From positions 1 to 52,752 of the forward strand of contig NW_021833980.1 in the NCBI RefSeq assembly GCF_006345805.1: a stretch of 52,752 nucleotides of DNA, in the 5' to 3' direction. The position numbers were made by a program, and so were the translations under genes. Shown piece by piece: positions 40,601-48,240 of the stretch (position 1 is the first letter of the stretch; each line of letters begins with the position of its first letter). This DNA comes from Octopus sinensis (lineage: Eukaryota). A model generated the notes under the pieces. The model saw nothing but the letters and a program-made list of their open reading frames with translations. It was not told where the DNA came from and searched no databases.

Positions 40601-43600
40601 CTTAAAATATCAGGAAATAATTCAAGGATAGATCGATAAATTTTGGGCGAGAAGACATGGCTGAAAAATCAGGGAATATACGGAATCAGAAATCAACATA
40701 TTCAAATGCACTCATACGCATTCTGATATTCATAGTATCAACGACGGAATGCGGTATGAACACTCACATCACACATATTCCCAATCACACTTGTGGAAAT
40801 ATGGTGAGAGAGATTATTTATTTCATATCGCTTCATTGTCACAAAAATATTAGAAAACACACGCTTACAAGAAATATATCAGCAGTTTAATTGTATCAGG
40901 CCAAATATTCCAGCTTACATGTACAGTAAGTATTTCAGGTTTACAGATAGAATGTATGTGACTATATTATTCGAATATATATTTCCCGCTTCCAATTCAG
41001 TTGCTCTATTACATAAATAACATGAAGTGAATGATAAAATTCGAAGTTGAATGATAATATCGAAACACGAAGGAGAATATTGAAATAAGAAATGGAGGAG
41101 GATGCAAAATATAAATAAAGGAATAATATAGTCACATTTCACACAGAACTACACTTATATATGAACATACACATATACTTCAGGTAAAAATATTTGATGC
41201 AAACATGTAAACTCACAAACGTTACCATTTCTAATACAAATTCATATCAAAATCATTGAAATTTGGGTAACAAAACTGAGTTATTGAGATGCGAATTGAA
41301 ACAAAGCAACTACAATAAAGGAACATTATATTTTTCCTATTATTTCACTTTCTCCCCCAAATTCTCTCTCTTTCTTTCACATTGTCTCGCTCTCTCCTAT
41401 TCTCTTTGTATCTTCCTAAATCTTGTTCATTCTACAAATTTGAATTGATTTTGTTTGGTTCAGTCTGAAATTTTATACATTTGTGGGCTTATATATCAGC
41501 ATCAATTAATACTTTTGGATAATAGTATCAAGAAATTAAACGAACTTACACTTTTTTTTAAATTGGAAAGCCCCGTGAATACACCTTCTTTGATGGTTGA
41601 AATGTTGTTCTCGGAAAGATATCTATAGCAGTAAAGAAAGAGTAAAATAGATTATATGGAAAATATTTGTGATACGACATCAAACACTGTGACTTAAGAA
41701 TGAAGGAAGAAAGAAAAAGAGAAAGAAGATAACGAAGAAGAAGAAGAAGAAGAAGAGACATGGAAAATGAGGTGTTCAAGATGAAAACCGAAAAAGGATT
41801 GAAGAGAGAAGAAGAAGTAGAAGAAGAAGAAGGAGAAGAAGAAGAAGAAGAAGAAGGAGAAGAAGAAGAGAAGAAGAAGAAGAGAAGAGAAAAGAAACAG
41901 AAGAAGAAAAAAAATAAAAAGGCGTAAAGATGAAGATTACAAGAAAAGAAGAAAAAAGAAGAATACGAAGAAGAAAAAGAAGAAGAAGAAGAGAGACGAA
42001 GAATAATAATAAGAAGAATAAGAAGACCAAGAGGAGAAGAAGAAGAAGAAGAAGAAGAATAGAAGAAGAAGAAAAGAGGAGGAGGAGAGAAGAAGAAGAA
42101 GAAGAAGAAGGAAGAAGAAGAAGAAGAAGAAGACGGAGAAGAAGAGAGAGAAGAAGAAGAGAAGACGAAGAAGAAGAAGAAGAACAAGAGGAAGAAGGCA
42201 GAAGATGCAGGAGGAGAAGAATATCTTAATGTGGCAGCAGTTTCATGTTTATTTCTTACTTGACTTGCACAACCTCGAGTATCCGCTTCGCCTCTCTATG
42301 TACCAACACACACATCCACACACATACACGCACATATACGCACATACACACATATATGCTCAGAAATATACACACATATGTATATCTACCTCTGGGTGCG
42401 AGTATGTGTGCGAACCTCGTCCCGGTAGTGGTGTTCTTTTTACCTGTCGATATAGTTTATTATCGAATCTAAAGGTGTTGTCTTCTAGTTCCCGGCGTGT
42501 GTCTTTGGAAATGTGTTTTGAAGCGTTCGTCCATCCGTCCGCTATGTTTTTCTACCCAGTGTTTGATTGCTTCCAGGCCCAAAGTGTGATGTATTTGTAC
42601 AAAGATTAGTCAAATCTTTTAAGTATAGTACGTTCTGGGACAGTGGGTGGAATGTGTTTGATGAAATCCATATCGTCTCGGGTATAGCTGGGCATTAATG
42701 GGCACAACGGTTTGAGGAGTATATCCAAAAGATGGCTCAGTTGTTGTGTTGGGGCTCAGGGTCCAGCAACTGTTGGTCTCAATTTGATGTCAGTAGGTCT
42801 TAGTATTTTTATATGCTGATCCTTGCATTTTGGAGCATTCGCAGATCTTGGGTGATCCATAGAAATTACTCTCTTTCATTACAGAGCTGCATAAATAATC
42901 TTTCTCATTATCTGTGAACGAACGTTGGTATTCATTTATCTGACTTTTGGGTGTATTCATTATTACTTTTTCCGGGTGTCTTGGTTCTTCCTTGTAGCAG
43001 GATTGGTCTGTTTCCAATATTTTATCTTTATAGTAGTCTTGGTCCGTGACTGCTTTCACCCTTCCCTAATCGGTTTCTTTTAGGATGATTGAATTGTCAT
43101 TCTTCAGTTTGTAAGGCTTTCTTTTCTTCTTCAGGAAGGTTCTGTTCGCTTTACGGATATTTTATTATATATGATATAAAACGGATTTAAGTCACCACGT
43201 AAAGTATGAATGAAAAACACATATGCATGTAAAATATGAGAAAAGAATGGATGTTCAAAATATTTGTGATTTGAATTAGATTTACAAAGCCTTCGTTGCA
43301 ACATCAGTTTTCAGTGGAAGATATTTTTATCATCTCAGAAGTCAGCTTTATTTATAAATATCTTGTTTCTGTCCAATGAGCATTCCATTTGTTATTACAC
43401 TTTGCTGTCAAAAGTAATTTACCTTTGCAAAAGTAAACTCCTTTCCTTTGCTTAGTTGATGCATAAAAGTTCTTCATAAAAATAAATAAACCCCCAAAAC
43501 TTCAAGACTGAAATAATAGACTAGGAAGGAAAGCATAACAGAAATGGAAAGGGATTTATTAATAGAATTGGTGATGGTAGAGTGGGGAAACCCTTATTTA

Positions 43601-45709
43601 ATTTTGAGTCATGTGCTACAAGGGAGAACAACCTTACATGGTGATTTAACTGGCTAAGGGTGTTATTTAAAAAAGGGATGAGACAACATACATTGCCTTA
43701 GTTTTTTAGTCTTTGTTTAGCCCTTTGCTCCTTACTCTTGCTGTATTAAACCTCAGTTTGTTCCCATTATTAACCACCTATACTAAATCCTTCATCCCCT
43801 AAATAGCATCCCTGTTCATCATTCCTGTAAAGGTTGACCTGCAACAGCTCAAACGGAATATTAATGATATCTGTCTCACAAGTATTGGAGATCTTGCAGG
43901 AGTTAAAAAACTTGTATGATCCTTTCTCCAAAATCGGTAAAATAAAAAGTGTGGGATTTTAACTCAGATCACAAACAACTGGACAATATACTGCAAGGTG
44001 TCATATTCGACGTCCTCATAGTTGCATTTGTTCATTGAACTGTTATGGTTCTTTATTGATCTCGGAAATGAATGACCCAAGGTTGACCTTGGCGGGACTT
44101 GAAGTCAGATTGCCGAGTGTCAGAACGTGATGTATTCTGCTAGACGGTCAAATGATTTGTGCCAAACCTCGCTCAAGTTATGAACGATGAAAATATCTAA
44201 CTTATTAAACAGAACTTCAACTTTACTATTCAACATCTTGAGTTATACGAGATTTAGGAATTCTATTATTGAAACTTTTCTCTTTATTTTACATTAGGAT
44301 TTCTCATTTTGTCAAAACGTTCCAAATGTTTTGAGAAATAGATCTGATCGAATGAATTGATCCACTTTAGTATTAGGATATTTGATTAAAACTGAAAGTT
44401 TAAGGTGATTAATGCAATGATGCAAGCCAATTAACTGGAAGTAATCACCTGGAAGAGCAATGTGTTGCAACAGAGTATTTGTTATGATTTATGTATCAAA
44501 TAATTACTCTTTTTTATTCTATTCCATTTCTTGAGACGTTAAATTTTAATAATTTACTTAAAAATTGCGTAAGATTTCAGGTGAACGGGGATACATCAAT
44601 CAGCCGAAACTTCAAATAACCTTCCATAATTTTGTAATAAGGTTTATTGTGTTCATGATAGGGTAAATTTTTCTGATGACATTCTATCAAAAATAAATTC
44701 CTCATAATTTGTTAAAATAACACTATTTTGATTTCTTCACTTAGGTATTTTAAGAATTTGGTAATTTAAGCGGATCTCGTCATTATCTGCTGTTTAATCC
44801 ATCTGTTTCATTTTTAATTATAAAAATAATAATTTCTTCCATAGGAACAAACCTGAAATTTTGGGAAAGGGACAAGTCCTTTACATTGATCTCAGAGATT
44901 AATTGCTATTTATTTTACTGACTCCAAAAGAATGAAAAACAAAGTCAACCTCGACAGAATTTAAAATCGAAACGTAAAGACGAACGAAATACCGCTCAAC
45001 ATTTTGTCTGGCGTGCACAACGATTCTGATAGCTCGCTGCATATTCTATTATAAAATTAACACAAACAATAATTAACAATTATTCTGTGACACGATCAAC
45101 TGATATTATATCATATTACTGTAATAATAAGCAACAATTCAACTAATTAATGATATAATATAACTATGTGGAATACACGTTTTCTTAGCACTAAAGTTTT
45201 TATACTGTCCGTTCATTGAATATACCGTAAGATTTGATAAGTTCAGACAAATGACATCAAAGTCAGATACTAGTCAGATCCAATCACTGTGTATGAGATG
45301 TTATATATTATAAATTCAATATGGTAAGAAACAGTTTATTTGACTTCACAACAGGTAACATATCGATTTGTTTTACTCTAACATAAGATTGTGCTTAAGG
45401 CTGTGAGATAAACAGCATAAGCGATTAGCTGAGAACATAATCAATGAGAATTTAAAATATTGGATGTGGAAAATACGTAGAAAGTGTCAAATACTTACAA
45501 ATATTCAACATTCGTCGGAATTGGTTGTGGAATTGATAGTAAATTGCGACGTGCACAATTTATTCTCGTTGTAAGTGAATTGCAAGTACATATCTTGCAT
45601 ATATCTGAATCAGCTTGAGTCTCCAAAAACAATATCGTACACAGTATCAACACAAGAGACCGTCTATATGATACTACGTGGTGAAACATATTGCCAGGCG
45701 TAGATTTAT
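950..45709 (-). CDS. Multi-exon gene for a secreted or cell-surface LRR receptor: signal peptide, LRRNT, 13 LRRs, LRRCT, LU/three-finger domain, SEA-like domain. 3' end not traced; five exons carry small indels
   Basis: 20 exons bounded by AG/GT. Intron phases chain consistently (2, 2 after each of 13 LRR exons, then 1, 0, 1, 0, 2, 1) once five 1-2 nt indels are corrected. The domains translate in a sensible order. Confidence 0.85.
1125..1305. repeat. (TATG)n/(TAGC)n/(TA)n microsatellite
   Basis: Seen directly. Confidence 0.95.
1300..1799. mobile_element. Penelope-type inverted pseudo-LTR remnant: ~118 bp perfect inverted repeat (1300-1417 / 1682-1799) around an AT-rich spacer with (TAATCTATATA)n
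   Basis: Arms are exact reverse complements by eye; the left arm continues into a hammerhead motif; flanked by (TA)n. Confidence 0.7.
1395..1437 (-). ncRNA. Minimal type I hammerhead ribozyme motif
   Basis: CCAC-CUGAAGA-u-UGUC ggagca GACA-u-GAAA-CA uu UG-UA-GUGG: intact core, stem I CCAC/GUGG, stem II UGUC/GACA, very short stem III. Confidence 0.65.
2847..3392. repeat. (TA)n/(TG)n microsatellite cluster, interrupted by a ~150 bp repeat-derived insert at 3031-3185
   Basis: Seen directly. Confidence 0.9.
3536..4516 (+). mobile_element. 5'-truncated RTE-clade LINE (RT C-terminus to 3' end), frameshifted
   Basis: [73 protein letters not shown], a terminal C2H2-like finger and a 3' stem-loop. 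Confidence 0.9.
4590..4642 (-). CDS. SEA-like domain exon 2 ([18 protein letters not shown])
   Basis: tttgcag/GTAAGC; 53 nt, phase 0 to phase 2, matching the next exon. Confidence 0.75.
4808..5114. mobile_element. MITE-like element with ~90 bp degenerate inverted arms (4808-4897 / 5025-5114)
   Basis: aaacgcaggataatgctaat...tctgtcggcggccag mirrored by ctggccgccgacaga...attagcatcatcctgcgttt. Confidence 0.55.
5633..5714 (-). CDS. SEA-like domain exon 1 ([11 protein letters not shown][F][16 protein letters not shown]); 82 nt, 1 nt short in a T/A run
   Basis: ccatag/GTGAGT; 83 nt are needed to join the phase-0 exon at 4642. Confidence 0.7.
6203..6500 (-). mobile_element. R4/Dong-type non-LTR retrotransposon fragment
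   Basis: [16 protein letters not shown]...[30 protein letters not shown] on the minus strand. Confidence 0.75.
6703..6885 (-). CDS. LU/three-finger domain, C-terminal half ([56 protein letters not shown]); probable -1 indel near the 3' end
   Basis: Ends in the diagnostic CC-x4-CN; acag/GTAAGT. The next exon is open only in phase 1, implying ...CNxNDFIG. Confidence 0.85.
7810..8115 (-). mobile_element. Possible highly decayed hAT (ZBED1/Ac-like) transposase fragment
   Basis: [14 protein letters not shown] resembles the FIxxDLRPFxxVE hAT motif; single motif only. Confidence 0.3.
8500..8640 (+). mobile_element. SINE fragment (Deu/Nin-type core)
   Basis: B-box-like gttcg followed by gttgcgtccttgaacaaggcactt. 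Confidence 0.45.
8846..8937 (-). CDS. LU/three-finger domain, N-terminal half ([31 protein letters not shown])
   Basis: LxCxxC-x4-C-x7-C start typical of Ly6/uPAR domains; gtag/GTAAAC; 92 nt, phase 1 to phase 0. Confidence 0.85.
9433..9536. repeat. (TATG)n microsatellite
   Basis: Seen directly. Confidence 0.95.
9537..9675 (+). mobile_element. RTE-like LINE 3' end
   Basis: [23 protein letters not shown]2H2 finger, then a short 3' UTR ending in (TAA)n, inside (TATG)n. Confidence 0.6.
9730..10850 (-). mobile_element. R4/Dong-type non-LTR retrotransposon RT fragment, degenerate
   Basis: [57 protein letters not shown]. Confidence 0.85.
10915..11140. repeat. (TATG)n microsatellite
   Basis: Seen directly. 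Confidence 0.95.
12319..12524 (+). mobile_element. tRNA-derived SINE with probable target-site duplication (tagatggctt)
   Basis: ggcggcaagctggcagaaacgtt A box, gttcaaattcc B box, cctttcgggg...ggggtcgat body; related copies elsewhere in the window. Confidence 0.8.
13615..13772 (-). CDS. LRRCT exon ([52 protein letters not shown])
   Basis: N..CxC.L..F...C...C motif; tacag/GTAAGT; 158 nt, phase 2 to phase 1. Confidence 0.9.
14377..14702. mobile_element. Non-autonomous element with 77 bp inverted arms (14377-14453 / 14626-14702) enclosing hairpins and a hammerhead motif
   Basis: gtataatagccatctcaatatggctaacc...gatcatcgtc versus its reverse complement, with a few mismatches. Confidence 0.7.
14498..14542 (+). 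ncRNA. Minimal type I hammerhead ribozyme motif, U3-A8 core variant
   Basis: CGUGCG-UUGACAA-GAGG caaaua CCUC-GAAA-CUGCGG-UC-CGUGCG; GUC cleavage triplet; stem I has two G-U pairs. Confidence 0.6.
14830..15032 (+). mobile_element. R4/Dong-type REL-endonuclease C-terminal fragment
   Basis: [15 protein letters not shown]...SVLLG...RILRRVLEV*. Confidence 0.7.
15090..15255. repeat. (GAT)n microsatellite
   Basis: Seen directly. Confidence 0.95.
15265..15405 (+). mobile_element. R4/Dong-type fragment
   Basis: [25 protein letters not shown] matches WL...LK.ETE..I.AAQDQAL. Confidence 0.6.
16220..16450 (+). mobile_element. tRNA-derived SINE (same family as 12319)
   Basis: gttctgagttcaaa...gcctttcatc...ggggtcgat...aagtaccag...gatgtaatcgac...gccttgtgc...aaagaatatt. 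Confidence 0.75.
16951..17020 (-). CDS. Last, unique LRR exon ([14 protein letters not shown][F]LILPSIVKI); 70 nt, 2 nt short
   Basis: ctttttcag acceptor and GTAAGC donor; both ends read as LRR in the phase 2-2 frame, with a -2 shift after GGC GCT. Confidence 0.8.
17527..17611. repeat. (TA)n microsatellite
   Basis: Seen directly. Confidence 0.95.
17620..17800 (+). mobile_element. SINE 3' fragment (second family)
   Basis: gtttacgtccccgtaacttag...tttgttcgagtaaa...aaggtagtactccagcatggccgca...actgaaacaag. Confidence 0.55.
18465..18725 (-). mobile_element. Penelope-like RT fragment
   Basis: RYIDGINI (YxDD-like) ... [24 protein letters not shown]. Confidence 0.55.
18777..19218 (+). mobile_element. 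CR1-clade LINE 3' end
   Basis: [12 protein letters not shown]...LQGHSEKL...[16 protein letters not shown]...FKVSLD, followed by an (ACTAA)n tail. Confidence 0.85.
20116..20280 (-). pseudogene. Degenerate LRR pseudo-exon (YLLNDDI..., acceptor CAG changed to CAT at 20207)
   Basis: Flank tgaagcaggaa...ttgcttagtttga...ttatatggaaatat is homologous to the intact cassette acceptor flanks; no donor at 72 nt. Confidence 0.5.
21015..21086 (-). CDS. LRR cassette exon, type A ([24 protein letters not shown])
   Basis: 72 nt, cag/GTAAGT, phase 2-2. Confidence 0.9.
24014..24085 (-). CDS. LRR cassette exon, type B ([24 protein letters not shown])
   Basis: 72 nt, tag/GTAAGT, phase 2-2. Confidence 0.9.
25328..25399 (-). 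CDS. LRR cassette exon, type A ([24 protein letters not shown])
   Basis: 72 nt, cag/GTAAGT, phase 2-2. Confidence 0.9.
26435..26506 (-). CDS. LRR cassette exon, type A ([24 protein letters not shown]) with weakened donor GTTCTT
   Basis: 72 nt, open, cag acceptor; a 4-nt deletion converts GTAAGTTCTT to GTTCTT. Confidence 0.7.
29151..29222 (-). CDS. LRR cassette exon, type B ([24 protein letters not shown])
   Basis: 72 nt, tag/GTAAGT, phase 2-2. Confidence 0.9.
30387..30458 (-). CDS. LRR cassette exon, type A ([24 protein letters not shown])
   Basis: 72 nt, cag/GTAAGT, phase 2-2. Confidence 0.9.
32455..32526 (-). CDS. LRR cassette exon, type B ([24 protein letters not shown])
   Basis: 72 nt, tag/GTAAGT, phase 2-2. 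Confidence 0.9.
33806..33877 (-). CDS. LRR cassette exon, type A ([24 protein letters not shown])
   Basis: 72 nt, cag/GTAAGT, phase 2-2. Confidence 0.9.
35525..35596 (-). CDS. LRR cassette exon, type B ([24 protein letters not shown])
   Basis: 72 nt, tag/GTAAGT, phase 2-2. Confidence 0.9.
35691..36578. repeat. ~443 bp direct tandem duplication inside a purine tract
   Basis: aagaaagataacgaagaagaaaagg... recurs at 35691 and 36134 with the same internal non-purine landmarks (ggaatacctgg, caagtcgaaatag). Confidence 0.85.
38836..38907 (-). CDS. LRR cassette exon, type B ([24 protein letters not shown])
   Basis: 72 nt, tag/GTAAGT, phase 2-2, LRR consensus. Confidence 0.9.
39748..39819 (-). CDS. 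LRR cassette exon, type A ([24 protein letters not shown])
   Basis: 72 nt, cag/GTAAGT, phase 2-2, LRR consensus. Confidence 0.9.
41550..41622 (-). CDS. LRR cassette exon, type B ([23 protein letters not shown]); 73 nt, one extra base in an A8 run
   Basis: tag acceptor and GTAAGT donor; aligns with the other B exons but is 1 nt longer. Confidence 0.8.
42395..43140 (-). mobile_element. Penelope-like element RT fragment, degenerate
   Basis: [60 protein letters not shown]. Confidence 0.8.
44050..44175 (-). mobile_element. Degenerate SINE fragment
   Basis: aaggttgaccttggcgggacttgaagtcaga is the reverse complement of the SINE B-box region. Confidence 0.45.
44830..45040 (-). mobile_element. tRNA-derived SINE (same family as 12319), reverse orientation
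   Basis: aaagtcaacctcgacagaatttaaa...gacgaacgaaataccgct...aacgattctgatagctcgctgc. Confidence 0.7.
45499..45709 (-). CDS. First coding exon: signal peptide + LRRNT (ATG at 45689; [64 protein letters not shown])
   Basis: Hydrophobic N-terminus and CxxCxC...C...L..IP..IP LRRNT motif. Acceptor ttttacag at 45710-45711 implies a further upstream exon. Donor GTAAGT at 45498-45493, phase 2. Confidence 0.9.
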
Positions 45710-46239
45710 CTGTAAAAGAAGAAAATAGGAAATGTCAGAGATTTCAATGTTATTAACTTCAAATTGCAGATTCTCCGAAGCAACTAAAATTCACCCCTGT
45801 TCCACATGACAAATATATTTTTGTTTTCGTGATTGGATATTTAAAGCTAAAAAATTAAATTTCGATAAATTAGTGTGAAGAAATTTATAAAAATATTATA
45901 GCTTTAACGCGTAATAATATCAAAGAAAACACCAAACACACACACACAAACACAAACGCACTCCTACACACATCTGTAACCATCTTCGGGGGTGGGGTCT
46001 AATATATTTACAAAACTAGTGAACCATGAGTTTCGTAGACCCTAAATACGCAGTGGTTGTAAACCCGGTTGGGTCGTTAAATCCGATGGGACCCCACAAG
46101 CAACTGTATGGTAACAAAGGATTTTTCCTGTACCCCAGTTTTAGAAGCGTTCATACAAAGTTTTCCTTAAATGAACTATCATGATTTCATTTTACTTACT
46201 TTTTTTTTACTGAAAACAAGAATAAAGCATGAACGTAAA

Positions 46240-46780
46240 TCTATATATATAAAACTCAACTTGTGTGTCTGTCTGTGTATCTGTGTGTGTGTCTGTGTCT
46301 TTTACTTCCCGGCACATCTCCTCCTAGCCAACAAATCGTAGAACCACCAAACATGGGTCACTTAAAGTTTAGGCGAATGAAAATTGAACTGCGCTATTTC
46401 TGTTCCGAAATTCATCTCGCAAGTGCAAAAATCGATAATGTGTTTGTTTAGGCCTTCTCCCATGCATTGAATAGTGAACTTTACTCAGTCAGCTGTTTGA
46501 CGTGAACTGTGTTCACCACGCATGCAAGCATGCGTAAATTGCATGAAAAATAAACAAATCACGATATAAAAACGAATCGCCGTAAACATTGTAGAAATTC
46601 GGCAAAGAAATGAATTTTCGGGGTGTAGCCTGGAGGGTTTTTTCGTATTAATCGTTGGAACTTTGTGAACTCATACCAATTGTTTTCATAACATTTTTAA
46701 CGCTTTGAATTAAATATGACCATTTTGCGTTGAGTCTGCAGTTTGAATCACTAACCAAATTTTAGCAGGCAGGATTTTTG
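46240..46780 (+). mobile_element. Possible non-autonomous Helitron 5' portion
   Basis: A|TCTATATATATAAAA start followed by (TGTC/TG)n; 3' CTAG end not confidently located. Confidence 0.4.
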
Positions 46781-46861
46781 ATCATCACAATATATCGCCA
46801 GCGACTCCCTGAAACTCTCCTCTGATATCCTCGTTGAGAAATACTGTTCTAAAAGAATAAT

Positions 46862-47048
46862 TCAACAATGCAATTTTCTGTATGTTATATGTGTTTGTAA
46901 GTCCTGGTGTTTTTGTTATGTATTTGTCTGAATATTTTTTTATCATGCCTAATGCACCTACTATGATAGGAATTGTTTCTGTTTTTAGATTACACATTAT
47001 GGTTACCTCTATTTCTAGGTCTTTGTATTTTGAAAGTTTTTCCGTTTC
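46862..47048 (-). mobile_element. R4/Dong-type REL-endonuclease C-terminal fragment
   Basis: KLSKYKDLEIEV...LKTETIPIIVGALGMIKK...IQKIALL. Confidence 0.8.
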
Positions 47049-47479
47049 TTTATTGTTATTATTATTCTTATCTGTGTCCGGTTTTGGAGACTAGTTGTTC
47101 GGAGCTCTAAGTTTTCTTTAGAATTTGTTGTTACAATGTCGTTTTCAAAATTTTATTGACCACAGAACCCACCTCGCTGTAAGCGGGGCTAGCTGCAGTG
47201 GCCAGAATTCGCCCCTTAAAGGCGAATTTTGAGTTTTAAAAACTACAATTTAATATTTTAAAAAGAAAAAGTTCAGTCTGGCTTCCCAAATCGAGGCAAT
47301 AAAGGTTCTTACATCATCCGTTTTGACGTTTTGTCACCTCCGCTTGTTAATATTTTTGAGAAACATAGCAAAGACAGCAGCAGCAGCAGCAGCAGCAGTA
47401 GTAGCAACAACAACAACAGCATCACAACCATCAGCACCAACAAAAACATAACAGAAAAATGAAGAGGAGGCAAGGAATC

Positions 47480-48190
47480 AATCCACTTTGACCCTAAAAA
47501 AGAAGACACACCACCAGAAATAGACAGCTGATTCTTGGTGGTAGATGTCCTCTTGGACATATAGGTCAAAACGAGCATCTTACAGATGCGGAAACTTTAC
47601 AAACAAAACTATTCGGGTCAAGGCCTAAAATTGTGGGTGAAAATGGACAGCCAAAGTCTGGACACAATTCCAGATATCATAAATTCACACGTTGGCACCA
47701 ACCTCCACGTGGCCTTTGAAAGCTGATGGTTTCGGTATCATCTGTGTGGGAACACAAATCATCTAAAATTCTTCTATTGCCCACAACAAATTAGAGAAAG
47801 GAGCCTCTCAATTTTGCCAACATCATCAACACCACCACCACAGCAACAATAACAACAATAGCAACAGCACCAACAGAGGCAGGTGACCATCGTGGCTACA
47901 AAATCAAGAATAACAGTAGCAGCAACACTAATCGCAGCAGCACGGGCAGCAGCAAAAACAACAGCATCAACCCCGGTCCCCACCACCAAAAACGCAACAA
48001 CGTTATGAATAGGACAACGCCAAAAAGCTCTACAAGATTTGCCCCTCCCCTGTTCGGAGCACTCAGACATACCTTGCGCGGATAGGGACGACGAAAGACC
48101 AAAATGGCAAGAGGTCGCCTGAACACACAAAAGAAAAAGAAACAGAACCAAAAACACACAGACAATTCAGACATAGACTTGCCCAAATGC
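47480..48190 (+). mobile_element. Possible L1/Tx1 ORF1 remnant
   Basis: Decayed zinc knuckle HLCGNTNHLKFFYCP near 47738 and a low-complexity basic tail; lies upstream of an APE fragment, across the mariner insertion. Confidence 0.3.
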
Positions 48191-48240
48191 ATCAATAAAT
48201 TAACATTGATATTTTTTCACCGTTGTTGCAATCATCTGAA

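Larger units (their letters stand above)
19630..42220. repeat. Tandem segmental array: six ~0.5 kb A blocks and six ~1.1 kb B blocks embedded in degenerate (GAA/GGA)n purine tracts
   Basis: A blocks start near 20670, 24980, 26090, 30040, 33460, 39400; B blocks near 23030, 28180, 31475, 34545, 37855, 40560. Sequence is near-identical between copies. Confidence 0.95.

Noticed and set aside
23126-40890. Recurrent small ORFs [22 protein letters not shown] (+), [15 protein letters not shown] (-) and MGNKxEL (+)
   Set aside because: They recur only because the intron blocks were recently duplicated; lengths and frames vary between copies and there is no domain signal.
20670-41705. CRISPR-like reading of conserved blocks alternating with variable spacers
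   Set aside because: Eukaryotic context; the blocks are 0.5-1.1 kb and contain spliceosomal exons, the spacers are microsatellite, and there are no cas genes.
19466-42229. Long low-complexity ORFs (poly-L/F/S on minus, poly-R/K/E on plus, up to 737 aa)
   Set aside because: Translations of (GAA/GGA)n tracts, which lack stops in several frames; intronic to the LRR gene.
43875-43950. LLQDLQYL followed by GTGAGA, resembling an LRR exon end
   Set aside because: In-frame TAA eight codons upstream and no acceptor at 72 nt.
47309-48195. Hydrophobic ORFs on the minus strand resembling membrane proteins
   Set aside because: Reverse translations of (CAG/CAA)n low-complexity sequence; no splice support linking them to the gene.
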